A DNA stretch of 64,000 nucleotides from positions 1 through 64,000 of the forward strand of contig NW_027591158.1 of assembly GCF_964213995.1 (NCBI RefSeq), written 5' to 3'. Made by a program: the position numbers and the translations under genes. Positions 12,889 to 25,710 of the stretch are shown one piece after another (the stretch's first letter is position 1; every line of letters starts with the position of its first letter). The DNA is from Mustelus asterias (taxonomy: Eukaryota). Below the pieces are notes generated by a model. The model worked only from the letters and a program-made list of their open reading frames with translations, was not told where the DNA came from and did no database searches.

Positions 12889-14557
12889 TTACTGTTTAAT
12901 GAATTTCAAAATTCCAGTTACTGGAAACATCACCACATTTTTCAGATCCTCTCTGAACTGTGTCTGTGTCACTGCATAGATGCATGTGTTGGTGCAGCAA
13001 CTCAGGAGTTGGAGCATAAATCCTAATTCCTGAAGAAAATGTGGTAAACGCGACAGAAATAATTTAAACATGTACAGTCGGTCATAAAAACAATAGAAGA
13101 GGAACACTGACCATAACAGGAGAAAATTTCCCGATATTGCAAACAGTATGATGATAGATTTTCTTCTTTTCTCTATCTCTGGGTCACTTGGACTTTCCCC
13201 ATTCTTGTGGGTCCGAAGTCTCCTGCGGACTTTACTCAACACCACAATGTATTTAACGGTTAAAACGTTGAACAGCACAACCAACAAAAAAGGAATAGTC
13301 GGGGTTAAAATATAGTGGAGACTTTCAGCTGCTGTCCATGCTGGTGAGGAGGTGACATCAAAATCTACAGAACAGAAATAGGGAGTATTGGAAAGCCAAT
13401 AGCTATTCTCACACATAAAGTACCAGAAAGTGTTTTTTACAGTGAATACCACACTCACTGTTCCTAGAACCACAGTTGCCGTTTCCTCAGTGCAGTATTT
13501 TATTTTCAGCTTCTGACAAGTAATGGCCACGAATCGATCAAAGGTAAAAGTGACAGTGAACCAGACAGAACAGTCAGTGACTGCGTAAAGCAGGACGGCA
13601 TGGATATTGCACACTTTAACATGATACATGAAGACAAATTGATCTCTGAAACTGATGGGAATTTGCCTCAATACGAGGTCGATGATGACGACGAGTAGAT
13701 CCGCCGCTGACATGGAAATTAGGTAACGTGAGACACATTTGGAAAGTCCACACCTCCCTCGAGACAGGATAAGAATCGTCAATAAGTTCACTGCAGGGAA
13801 GTGAGAGACAATTAACTCATATTTCAGACTGAGAACAGGAGCAGTAATCTGGCAGGTTTCTGGGGAACAGCTGCAGGATTTTGTTTTACAGAGTCCAGCC
13901 TCAGAAAAACATGGATTCACCTGTTCTGCTGAGACTGGGTTCACAGTAGGAAAGCATCGCACTGAGCTATCAAGAAACTAAATTTACCAACAGAGCAGAT
14001 CTCCAATTCCCTGCCTTCTCTTTATTTGTATTTGGGAGACACAATGGTACCAATGGGTTTGGACGAAATGTTCCTGGTCTGGGTCACTCTGCTGTGGCTG
14101 TGCTGCAGACTGTGCATCTGAAGATATTGCATAAGTTGATTTGGAATTGGCTGTAAATCACAAAACTGGAAATTATATATTTTATTTTACTGAGGCAGGA
14201 CCCTGTAGATATTAAGGCAGGAATAGTGGAAGTGGCCGGTGAAGGTGTGGTGGGAGTGAGGAGAGGGGGTTGGTAGTGGGGAAGGGGGAGAGTGGGAAAT
14301 AGAGAGCAACCACCAGGCAAGAGTAGGGAAAATGTCTGCTGGGAAGATAGAGAAATTTTCCCATTGCATTAGCACATATGCAACATGAAGTTTGCACATT
14401 ATAAAATTATTAATTGGGTCTCATGGACAAGTGCAATCAACAGAGTGAAATTTAACTCACCAGCTACACCAACTGCAGCGAGGAGTGGGTAGTAAATCCT
14501 TTGGATATCGTGAAGTACCCAAGCAACACGAAGCTCAAGTGGAATAATCCAGAACAT
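12889..14557 (-). CDS. Class A GPCR, GPR139/GPR142-like; exon 1 14557-14461, exon 2 13790-12889
   Basis: Exon 1 MFWIIPLELRVAWVLHDIQRIYYPLLAAVGVA then G|gtgagt; acceptor ttccctgcag|. Exon 2 VNLLTILILSRGRCGLS...ADLLV...FTFDRFVAI...SCCTNTCIYAVTQ. Seven hydrophobic segments, frame intact. The track ORF start at 13962 is intronic. Confidence 0.9.
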
Positions 14558-17397
14558 GGTTTAGTGACTCTGAGATTCAATGATCACTGGTTGTACTGGA
14601 GACCACTCTCACTTTTAACACTGATGCGCACAATGAAAACATTCTATATTTACCGAGTGAGGTATTTTATTGCAAAATATATGTTTATTGAAAGTCTTTT
14701 GCACTCATAGTATAGGAACTGACTGAAGGCAAACAGATTTGTCCAGCAGTTTGGTGAAAAAATATGAATATTGATTAACACTATGTACTGAACTGAAGTG
14801 AATTAAAGGAGTTACGAATATTTCTATCACATAATGTCAGTCTACAATTTCAGAATTTGAATGAAATTGTAATCATGAAATTAGTGCAGATTCGGGATTC
14901 TTCTGTTCATGCAAGAGAGGTGCCAGAAGCAGGATGATTGGAAACATCGCACTGCTGCTATTCAGCAAGAAACAGTTTAAAATCAATAAGACAGACATTT
15001 ACCCTCAAGTTGTTCACAGATAATATTTTATGGAGATTACTCCGAGAGAGGGGTAAATCACGTGTCCAAACTACTTTCGGAAACACATGTACAATTTCTG
15101 GTATCTTTGGAGATGAGTGAGGATGTGTCCTGTATCATTCATTCAAACTTTCATCTTCTTCCTTATGCCATGTTCCTTGCAGTCTGTGTGGAAGCTATTC
15201 CCTCGATCTTGAACTGTTGCATTCTCGAAATGTCTTGGACTTTCAACGAACTTATCCTGGTAATATTCAAAGCCTTCGATTACTTTTGATTGGTAGATTG
15301 AAAAAGAAAGTATCAGTCCAGAGTTTTTGTAAAACTGGCAATGAAATATTATTTAATCTGAAATATACCCGATATAATTTTATAAGTACCCTTTCAGTTT
15401 GCAAACCTCTGGTGAAAATAGAACAGTAGAAAGTCGATGGTGCGAACAGTGGTCATTCAGCTGATCGTGTGGCGCTGGACACAACAGCGACAAATGGAGC
15501 TAGTAGCTCCTTTTAATACCACACTCTAACAAGTGACCCGAGGCTTTGACGGTTGCATCACTGTGGATGGAGAACCCATATTAGAAATAATGTGTATACT
15601 CCTACGTCTCGTTATTTTATGGGAAATATAATTGCAGTCGAGGCGGTCCAGTTCAGATTTTCCAGATGATTTAACAGGAATCGGTGGGTTTCCTTTTGGA
15701 GATGGTTGGCCAGGTTCTCCCTGCACAACCACTAAACCTCCTCACGCCTGGACTAGTGCTGTATGTACATTCAGCATCAGCAATTGAGCTCCAACTTCTA
15801 TCAGTCACCTCTCCCCACTCCAACTCTGTAGAGAACTACAGAACCTTTGCCTCTCTTAATAAACCGCCCCACATCAACATCGTCCTCATACTCCTATCTT
15901 TTCCGCCTCTCTCTCATTCTGTTTTTCATCGGCCAGATTGTGTGTCATAATGCGTGTTTATTTTATTCATATCGGGCTCTGTATTGGGACCTCTGCTGTT
16001 TGTGATTTATATAAACGATCTAGAAGAAGGTGTAACTGGGGTGATCAGTAAGTTTGCGGACGACACGAGACAAGGTTAACGCTATTAATTAGAAACATTG
16101 CACTGATATTTTCCTACAGACTACCCTGTGACCGTTCGCCATGAAATGCAATGGTTTACAAAGTTCACTCTCTAAGTCTCTTCTGCCATAACATTGACAA
16201 TTCATCACAGGTGCTTGTCCTAAATATACCACTGTTCACAGTGAAATGTCACTTCGCAACATTATTTCCTGTAATTTACAGCTGTCACCTGTGGGAGCGG
16301 TGAACTGTAGTTTTATGTAGTTTCGGTTAAACATAAATTCTTGGAGAGCCACCTGGTGGAATGATCTGTGTAAACACAAATATTCTCGAATATTGCGGTA
16401 TGATGTTACTAAAATATTACTATGCCCGATTATTACGGATGTTATTGCTTTGATTTTATAATTCCTGCTGCTTATGCCTTTTTCATTGTTTTACTTTTGT
16501 TACGTTTACTATTTAATATTAATTCCGACATTAGTTTCCTCGTTTGCTGCCAACCAAAGTAACTAAAATTGAAACAGTACCATTTAATCTCGAACGAATG
16601 TGTGAACAGGGGGTCTATTTACATAATTTGTATGTGTTGGTATTTTAAAGTCGTGATTTCATTGGGATCTTGGCGGATTCATATTGCTAAAACGAGCTTC
16701 TTGGTCCAGAATGGCTGAGTCATTACAATAAATCGGCAGGGTTTAAAATAAAAGTGGAATTTTCTCTCATGTTCACTGCATTCATAGAAATCATAGAAAC
16801 CCTACAGTACAGAAAGAGGCCATTCGGCCCATCGAGTCTGCACCGACCACAATCCCACCCAGGCCCTACCCCCATATCCCTACATATTTACCCACTAATC
16901 CCTCTAACCTACGCATCTCAGGACACTAAGGGCAATTTTTAGCATAGCCAATCAACCTAATAATAACAATAATAGCAATAATAACAATATGTGCAAGAAT
17001 AATGCGGCAAAATCATGTAACAACATCTTTCAGGAACTTGAGAATTCGGTGATTTTCCAGGAATTAGCCTTAGATAGCCACTAGATGGAGCTGCCTCACC
17101 ATGTTTGTGTGTTTACTGCTGCGGGTTACAGTTTCATAAATACATTTATTTGGTATAATGCGGGCAAACGAAGGTATTACACTTTAAAACTTTGTGAGGT
17201 CTCAGCAGAATATATTATATTGCATGAAAATATAAACATTAGCTGGGCAGCAGCTGCGCAAATTTTATTTTTTGCAATCAATACAATTAATGTTAGAAAA
17301 ATCAAAGCAACTAATTGTTTCCCTGGAGCTTCACATGAAATATAAATCTTACCACACTCCAGTGTAATGCAGAAAGCACGTAGATTTTCTGATTGAA

Positions 17398-17467
17398 ATG
17401 CATATAGCACCAAAAGGTCTGCTGTTTGCCATTTACTATCCCGTCCTTGCAGCTATCGGGATTCCAG
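17398..17467 (+). pseudogene. Orphan exon 1 of a second GPR139-like gene
   Basis: MHIAPKGLLFAIYYPVLAAIGIP then G|gtaagg, homologous to IYYPLLAAVGVA of the intact gene; TATAAA at 17341; no exon 2 seen downstream. Confidence 0.75.
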
Positions 17468-17976
17468 GTAAGGTCTGTTAGTTCGCTTTATCTCATTAAT
17501 GACCCTCTCGTAATGTAATGCAGGCTAATAATAGGAATATTCTTTTTACGGTATAAGTGATACATTTGCTCATTGACCGATATGAATTCTAATGATTTAC
17601 TGATGTAACTTCCACTCTTTTAGAGTTTCATGTTTCACTTTTTGGCATTACTTCCCGAATTTTCTCCTCCCTCCAACAGTGTCTTCCATTTATCTCTACA
17701 CTCTCACATGTAAAGTGCACTCTTGGTGTTATTGGAAATACTGCCGTGGGAGTATTATTTTTAGGTTGTGGGTTGCAAAAATTGTCCATTTGGCATTACT
17801 GGTGTTGATGAATTCTCACTTGGATATCACTGCATCCGTACAAATGGCTGGCGCTATGTTTGTGGGTGAATTCCGACATTTGCATCACTGTTAAATTATT
17901 GATCTTGTTTATCGCTGACATTGACAGTGACGAAGTAAATTGCATAACTGGTTCAAGGTTTGAGGGATTAGTAATA

Positions 17977-18323
17977 TAGGTTTATAAAATGATGAAGGGG
18001 ATAGATAGAGTGAACGTTCAAAGACTATTTCCTCGGGTGGATGGAGCTATTACAAGGGGGCATAACTATAGGGTTCATGGTGGAGATACAGGAAGGATGT
18101 CCGAGGAGGTTCTTTATTCAGAGAGTGGTTGGGGTGTGGAATGGACTGCCTGCAGCGATAGTGGAGACAGACACTTGAGGAACATTTAAGCGGTTATTGG
18201 ATAGGCACATGGAGCACACCAGGATGATAGGGAGTGGGATAGCTTGATCTTGGTTTCAGATAAAGCTCGGCACAACATCGTGGGCCGAAGGGCCTGTACT
18301 GTGCTGCACTGTTCTATGTTCTA
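17977..18323 (+). mobile_element. CR1-like LINE 3' fragment
   Basis: Near-identical in reverse to 10720-11060; ttctatgttcta tail. Confidence 0.9.
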
Positions 18324-18627
18324 TACACCCTGAATCCACTCAACATCAAAATCTGAGCGTGTAATTAAAAAGCATTTGCCGACAAGACGGCGCCAAATTC
18401 AAACCCCAGCGTCACAACTTAAACCTGTGTGGATGGTAGGCTCGTGAGGTCACGATGGACTCCTCCCCCCCCCGCTCCCACCCCCCACCCCCCCAACCCC
18501 CACCGCCCTCTCTCTCTCTCTCTCACACACACACACTCACTGCAATCAGCTGAACCAAGCCCGGGTTCTCTCCTTCTCAGTCTCTGACTCATTCCATTCC
18601 CATTCACTGAGGGGGATTCACTCAGAC

Positions 18628-19116
18628 ATGTTTCTGCTCATACTGGCGGCGCTCTTGCACAGTAAGTACTGGAAAACGTTCATCAAACCAGATAAACATA
18701 TTGATGGCAACTTAATTAACCATCTGAAATATCCCTGTAATGCGTAGAATAGGTTCCTCAAACTATCGCAGATACAAGCACATTTACATTAACTCTTGAC
18801 ATTTAATTCCTCTATCTTCACAGGTGGACTGTGCGCAGATCCAGTAACTCAGTCACCGGTGACAAAAACCGCATCAGACGGGGATTCGGTGCAGTTGGAT
18901 TGTAACTATACAGACAAGGATATGTACAGCATGCAATGGTATCAGCAGAAACCCGCACAACCACCGACATGGATTATTTCTAAAATATTAGCAACGAAGG
19001 ATGATGAAGTTTCAGGACGATACCTGGCGGCTGCTGACAGGTCGAAGCAGAACGGTTACCTCAATATCAGCGCCCTCAGTGTGGAGGACAGGGCGGTCTA
19101 TTACTGTGCAGTGAGG
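18628..19116 (+). CDS. TCR alpha/delta-type V segment V2 (leader 18628-18661, V exon 18824-19116)
   Basis: MFLLILAALLH then A|gtaagt; DPVTQSP...LDC...WYQQKP...EDRAVYYCAVR. Confidence 0.92.
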
Positions 19117-19155
19117 CACAGCGTTAGATTCCAGCTAAACCCCCGTACAAAAACC
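19117..19155 (+). other. RSS of V2: CACAGCG-23-ACAAAAACC
   Basis: Counted directly. Confidence 0.93.
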
Positions 19156-19579
19156 TCAGCGAGTATTTACAGCTCCACTATGTTTCCTTCTGCGCGAATG
19201 CGGTCCGGTGTATTTACCGGGTATTTTGTCCTGATTGAGATCGGCAGTGGAGCGGTTTGGGAAAACTCGATGCTAATCCCAATGCCGCGATTTATGTAGT
19301 AAACAGAAACAATGAGTATCTCGCTACCAGCTCAAGGATGCACTTAGAAGTGGAGTTAATATGGCAGAAAATTTGCAGGCTGTTCTTTCTGAATTGTTAG
19401 CTCCAATAAGCCCAAGGACATCTGTCACAAAATGCAGAACAGACAAAAATCTACTGTCGTATTTAACAAATGAGATGTCGAATAGCCGCCACAGAGACTC
19501 ACCCAGCAACACGACTATTATTACAACTCTGGGACACAGAAACTCACCCAACAGCACGAAGATAGTCGAGTGTATTGTG

Positions 19580-19945
19580 TGGTGGTGAGCTGCCTTCCTG
19601 AAGCTCTGCGGTCCCTGAGGTGCAGGTACACCCACTGTGCTGTTAGTGAGGGAGTTCCAGGGTTTGACCCAGTGACGGTGAAGGAACAGCGATATATTTC
19701 CAAGAAAGGATGTGGAATAACTTGGAAGGGAATCTCTAGGTGGTGATGTTCCCATGTGCCCGCTGCCCTTGTCCTCCTAAATGGCAGTGGTCGTGTTTTT
19801 GGATTGTGCTGCCTAAAAAAAGTTTAGTGAGTTGCTGCAGTGCTTCAGTAGGTGTTGCACACGGCTGCCACTGTTCGTCGGTGGTGGCAGGAATGGATGT
19901 TTACGGAATGGTGAACAATCAAGCGGACTGCTTTGTCCTGTATCA
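19580..19945 (-). mobile_element. LINE 3' fragment (second CR1/L2-type family)
   Basis: Homologous to 28280-28650. Confidence 0.75.
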
Positions 19946-20591
19946 TGCAATGGTTCAAAGAGATGCAAAAGGGCATCGTGGACAGGCCTCCATACACAAA
20001 GTGTGTTTATAATCTGTACATCACTCCCACAAGGGAAGCTAAACAAAGAGATGATGCAGAAAGAAATGGATGGAAATTCTGAGAGATTGAGACGAAGTCA
20101 GGCGAATTACGCTCTCGAGGATGTAAAACAGACAGATCAATTTTGTAGAAAGTTTATTTTTCTAAGGTCTGTACTCCAACTTTTTGTATGTGATACTAAC
20201 CACTAATTGTCACATTTCAGTTCAGTTGATTATTTGCAGTTTTTTAACCGTGTGTTCCAGATCAGAGCGATGGAGATTCTGTTACTCAGCGGGAATCCTC
20301 ACTCACACCGCCAGAGGGAAAATAGACAAGGATCCTTCGAATATTGACTCACCGAATAGCACGATGATTTCAATCTGGAAGCACCGTGGAACACGTACTC
20401 CCCGGATGACATTTCCACAGAAAATAATCGAATTTAAATATATTTTGTCCTTTCTCTTTTGATATTAAACAGTAAACCCAAATCAGGGACAGGTCTCGCT
20501 GATCGGGTGACTGTGGTGCGTATCCAAGGGAGAGAGTGATTAAAGTCCCAGCTCTCTACACAGGCTGTACACGTTCCGGGTGATCGCGGCA

Positions 20592-20630
20592 GGTTTTTGT
20601 GCGGCCCTGTACGGTCTTTGCTACACTGTG
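20592..20630 (-). other. RSS of V3: CACAGTG-23-ACAAAAACC
   Basis: The + strand reads ggtttttgt-23-cactgtg; perfect consensus. Confidence 0.95.
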
Positions 20631-21133
20631 CCTCCATCGCACAGAAATAGGTGGCGGTGTCTGTCAGCCGAGCTTCACTAACATTCAGAACGCTGTGTTT
20701 CTCTGAGAAAGTATACCGAGCCGTGATCCTGCCCTGATCGCTGGTACCGCTCACCAGGTGCTGCACGGTTCTGTCTGGATTTTGTCTGTACCATTGAAGG
20801 ATCTTTCCAGTTACTGTAGCTGAACAGTTCAACGATGCAGTGGCTCCCTCGGTAACAACCACTGACTCCGGAGACTGTGATAGCTCTTCACTGCCAGCGG
20901 CATCTGGGAAGAATATGTACATTTGCAGTAAGAACATATCGTACTATAATGTAGCACAATAAAGTACCATTGTATTCACAATTCGAGATAATACAATAAA
21001 GCTGAGTACAATTTAACAGAACATAACATTGCTGAGGTGTGAAATATTGCTGTCAGAAATAGTGACCACACTTACACTGAGGGAACAGTAAGAAATCCAG
21101 GAAAATAATCACCAAAGTGAAGCTCAGAAACAT
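20631..21133 (-). CDS. TCR alpha/delta-type V segment V3 (leader 21133-21076, V exon 20903-20631), short CDR2
   Basis: MFLSFTLVIIFLDFLLFPQ then T|gtaagt; EELSQSP...LNC...WYRQ...TDTATYFCAME. Confidence 0.92.
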
Positions 21134-21361
21134 GTTGGATCCTATCGGCTTGTGTGAAACAGCTGTCAGCAGATCCCAGGCTGAGAGAAGCTCCTGGGAA
21201 AGCAATGCTATTGGATATCAAACCGAGCCCCAAACCAGTCACAGAGTGGCGGTGAGAGCCGGGTCGCTGGGACTTGTGATCACAAAGTGAATCAGTGAGG
21301 GAGCTTCAGCATTGATAGTGCGGGGGAGGAGAGTGCGCATGCGGCAGAGCATCCGGTATTG

Positions 21362-21438
21362 TGACGTCAGAACATCCGGCATTCTGACGTCAGAACATCC
21401 GGCATTCTGACGTCAGAACATCCGGCATTCTGACGTCA
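21362..21438. promoter_or_regulatory. Tandem CRE (TGACGTCA) array with 23-bp period, upstream of V3
   Basis: TGACGTCA at 21362, 21385, 21408 and 21431; two more at 21853 and 21875. Confidence 0.7.
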
Positions 21439-21461
21439 GAGCATCCGCAACATTGGAACCT

Positions 21462-21785
21462 CATAGAATCATAGAATGCCTACAGTGCAGAAAGAGACCA
21501 TTCGGCCCATTGAACCCGCACCGACCACAGCCCCACCCAGACCCTCTCCCCGTAACCTCACATCTTTACCCCGCGAATCCCCCTGACACGAGGGGGCAAT
21601 TCAACATGGCCAGTCAACCTAACCCGCACATCTTTGGACTGTGGGAGGAAACCGGAGCACCCGGAGGAAACCCACGCAGACACGGGGAGAACATCCAAAC
21701 TCCAGACAGACAGTGACCCGAGGCTGGAATCGAACCGGGGGCGCTGTGAGGCAGCTGTGCTAACCACTGTGGCACCGTGACGCCC
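21462..21785 (-). mobile_element. tRNA-derived SINE inserted in the CRE array
   Basis: A/B-box head at about 21730-21780; (catagaat) tail. Confidence 0.88.
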
Positions 21786-23047
21786 AACGTCAGACGTCAG
21801 AACATCGTGTATTGTGACGTCGGAATGCGGATATGTGTGGCGTCAGAATGTGTGACGTCACCCTGTAGCCCATGTGACGTCACTGTGAACTGCGAGTGAC
21901 GCCAGTGGGTCTGGATTGTGGGTCAGAGACATCTCTCCTGGAGCTGATCTGAATATTCAGCCCTGAGTTGATGGGAATTAACAGCTGATCTGAAACATCT
22001 CTCCCGGAGCTGATGTGAATATCCAGCCCTGAGGTTGCGGAATTAAGATCTAATCAGAAGCAGGGAGTCCTGCCTTCATGTGGGCCAGTGGTACAAGCAA
22101 CACCGGGATCCACAGCCAAGGTTTATGAGAAAAAGCTCTGTTTTGAAACAAATATAAGGAAGGTTTTGCTAATACAGGTCTCCCAGTAGAATCTATCTAC
22201 CAGTTAAGCTTCCTTTTCTGCTTCCCATGAATTGTTTATTCCTTTAAAACCAAGGTTTGATGTTCAGGTCAACTCCGGGAAAGTGTTTCCGCCGGCAGAA
22301 CTTTGGAAAACACAAGCGTCTACTTTAGGAGGGGAGAGTGCAATGGAAAGATTAGATTAATTGATTACTCTCCGATTTGTTAAACTTGGAAGGTGGTCAT
22401 CGGATCCCTACAGTGCAAAAGGAGGCCATTCGGCCCATCAAGTCTGCACCGACTATTATCTAGGCCCTATCCCTGCGGTGTTGAAAGAGATGGCGGAAGA
22501 AGAGATAATAGTAAGTTTCAGAAGGGATTGAGAGATAAATTGAAAGCAGAAAAGTGCAGTCACTGTGAGAGATGCGGGGTTTGAAAGCTGAATTGACGAA
22601 TTCTGTAATTCTGAATTCTCACATCAATTCTGCATTCTGTCAGGCAAAGATACCATGGGCCGAGTGGCCTCATCTCCTGCATTGATACGCTATGTTTCTA
22701 TTTTGTTCATGTCCCTGGCCCCGTTATGCCCCTCCCTCTCTATTTCTTCTCAGTCACTTGGACAGTGAGCAGGTGCAGAATGGTGACAGATTCCGGAGAT
22801 GGAAGTCTCGCTATTTCCGTTCCGGGTGCAGCTGAATCTGCCGCACACTTCACTCAATATTTTGTCTACTGCATCCCCGCCCACGACTTCCGTTTTCTGC
22901 TCTCACTCTGAACCTGTTGTGTGATTGGACGGATTGCTGCCGCTGCTCCATTCCTCTCATTGGTTGGATCAGCAGTGCAGTGGAACAGTGTCTTTCTGTC
23001 TCTGACAGGATTTCTCTCATTGCAGAGTTACAGACTCAGGAAGCATC

Positions 23048-23545
23048 ATGGTGAACTATCTCACTCCCATCCTCATCATTATCTCACTTCTCAGTAAGTA
23101 TTTTCTTCCCAGTAAAACTACAAGCTCCTCCTGACTGCTGTAACCCAGATATTCTTGTTGATAAAACAATAGTGATGATGATAATTGTATCGTTTAATCT
23201 GAGGCTAACTCTGATTGTCATATTGCTGTTGTTTCTGTTAGAATGGAGCCACCAAGACGAAGTGGAACAATTGGATCCTGGAATAAAGGTTAAAGAGGAA
23301 AATGATGTCACACTAACCTGCGCTTTGAAAACAAGCGATTCCAACCCTTATGTGTACTGGTACAGTCAGCAGCCCGGGAAAGCTCCAGTGTACATGTTTC
23401 AGCTTATTGGAGAGATTGTGCAAAGGAATACCGACCTCAATGATCGGTTTTCTTCCAAATTTGATAAAAAGAACAAGACTAGCGAGCTAACGATCAGTAA
23501 CACACTGATTTCCGACAGCGCCGGGTACTTCTGTGCCATGAAGCC
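23048..23545 (+). CDS. TCR alpha/delta-type V segment V4 (leader 23048-23093, V exon 23242-23545)
   Basis: MVNYLTPILIIISLL then A|gtaagt; DEVEQ...LTC...WYSQQPG...SDSAGYFCAMKP. Confidence 0.92.
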
Positions 23546-23585
23546 CACACTGCTGCAGAGACATAGCGAATGCCGTACAAAAACC
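23546..23585 (+). other. RSS of V4: CACACTG-24-ACAAAAACC
   Basis: Spacer counted as 24 bp. Confidence 0.88.
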
Positions 23586-23899
23586 CCACACTGGCAGTTC
23601 CAGTTAGTTCCCAGCAGGGTGCGCGCGCACACACGCGGGTAATTCAATTTCCACAGAGAGAGTGACAGAGATTCTTAACATTGCAACAAAAGACAACACT
23701 CAAAAACAGCAACTGGTGTGGTCCAGTTGCAGTTACATTAGTTAATGGTCGGAGCTTACATTTGCAATATCGATCTGAGCTACTTCAACACTTTTTCTTT
23801 CGTTTTCGATGCCCTTCTCTGCCTATTTGTTGCAAACTGTCCTTGTCTGCTGATTTATGGAAATTCTGCACATTTCCTTTCAAGTCTTTAACATAAGCA

Positions 23900-25710
23900 T
23901 TAAAGTTGTTGGAGAAGATTCTTAAAGATAGGATGTATGCGCATTTAGAAAGGAATATACTCATTAACGATAGTCAACATGGTTTTGTGAGAGGGAGGTC
24001 ATGCCTCACTAACCTGGTGGTGTTTTTTGAAGAAGTGACCAAAATGGTTGACGAAGGAAGGGCCGTGGATGTTGTCTATATGGACTTTAGTAAAGCGTTT
24101 GACAAAGTCCCTCATGGTCGGCTAGTGAAAAAGGTTGGATCCCATGGGATAAAGGGGGAGGTGGCTAGATGGGTGGAGAACTGGCTTGGTCATAGAAGAC
24201 AGAGGGTGGTAGTGGAAGGGTCTTTTTCCGGCTGGAGGCCTGTGACTAGTGGTGTACCGCAGGGCTCTGTATTGGGACCTCTGCTGTTTGTGATTTATAT
24301 AAATGATCTGGAAGAAGGAGTAACTGGGGTGATCAGTAAGTTTGCGGACGACACAAAACTGGCAGGACTTGCAGATAGTGAGGAACATTGTCAGAGGCTA
24401 CAGAAGGATATAGATAGGCTGGAAATTTGGGCAAGGAAATGGCAGATGGAGTTCAATCCTGATAAATGCGAAGTGATGCATTTTGGTGGGAATAATGTAG
24501 GGAGGAGCTACACGATAAATGGAAGAACCATAAAGGGTGTAGAGACGCAGAGGGACCTGGGTGTGCAAGTCCACAGATCTTTGAAGGTGACGTCACAGGT
24601 GGAGAAGGTGGTGAAGAAGGCATATGGCATGCTTGCCTTTATAGGACGGGGCATAGAGTATAAAAGTTGGGGTCTGATGTTGCAGATGTATAGAACGTTG
24701 GTTCGGCCGCATTTGGAATACTGCGTCCAGTTCTGGTCGCCGCACTACCAGAAGGACGTGGAGGCTTTGGAGAGAGTACAGAGGAGGTTTACCAGGATGT
24801 TGCCTGGTATGGAGGGGCTTGGTTATGAGGAGAGATTGGGGAAACTGGGGTTGTTCTCCTTGGAAAGACGGAGGATGAGGGGAGACTTAATAGAGGTGTA
24901 TAAAATTATGAAAGGCATAGATAGGGTGAACGGTGGGAAGCTTTTCCCCGGGTCGGTGGTGACGTTCACGAGGGGTCATAGGTTCAAGGTGAAGGGGGGG
25001 AGGTTTAACACGGATATCAGAAGGACATATTTCACACAGAGGGTCGTGGGGGCCTGGAATGTGTTGCCGGGCAAGGTGGTGGAGGCGGACACACTGGGAA
25101 CGTTTAAGACTTATCTAGACAGCTATATGAACGGAGTGGGAATGGAGGGATACAAAAGAGTGGTCTAGTTTGGACCAGGGAGCGGCGCGGGCTAATTGTT
25201 CCTGGTTTCTCGTTTCAAGGCTTCATTCTAAGATCATCTTGCTGGTGCCAGTACAGAGCGAGACTGCGGATAGTTGGGAACCTGTCTCGGGGGCAGGGAA
25301 TTCATATGGTTTTCGTGGAAGTGGAAATGACTCGGGTTGGGAAGCATTTTCCGATCAGGGCCATTGTGATCTCCTGGACTCGTTTCGATCGCCTCAGGGG
25401 GTCGGAGAGGAATTTCCCAGATTTTTTTTTTCCCCATATTGGCCCTGGGGTTTTTCACTCTGGGTTTTCGCCTCTCCCTGGAGATCACATGGTCTAGAAT
25501 GGGGGGGTGGGGGTGAGTTAATAGGTTGTAATGAACAAAGCATCGTAGCTGTGAGGGACAGCTCGGTGGATAGGATATTGGTATGTAGATAGGCTGGAAA
25601 ATTGGGCGGGGATCCTGGATTCAGGATTCAATCCTGGACCGGGGAGCGGAGCGGGCTTGGAGGGCCGAAGGGCCTGTTCCTGTGCTGTATTGTTCTTTGT
25701 TGTTCTTTTT
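23900..25710 (+). mobile_element. Young 5'-truncated CR1-clade LINE with an open RT frame (23906-25168) and long 3' UTR
   Basis: QHGF, DFSKAFDKVPH, GVPQGSVLGP and KFADD RT motifs uninterrupted over 420 aa; tgttcttt tail. Confidence 0.95.

Noticed and set aside
13791-13962. Cys-rich N-terminal extension of the GPCR in the ORF track
   Set aside because: It is intron read-through; the true exon 1 carrying the start of TM1 is at 14557-14461.
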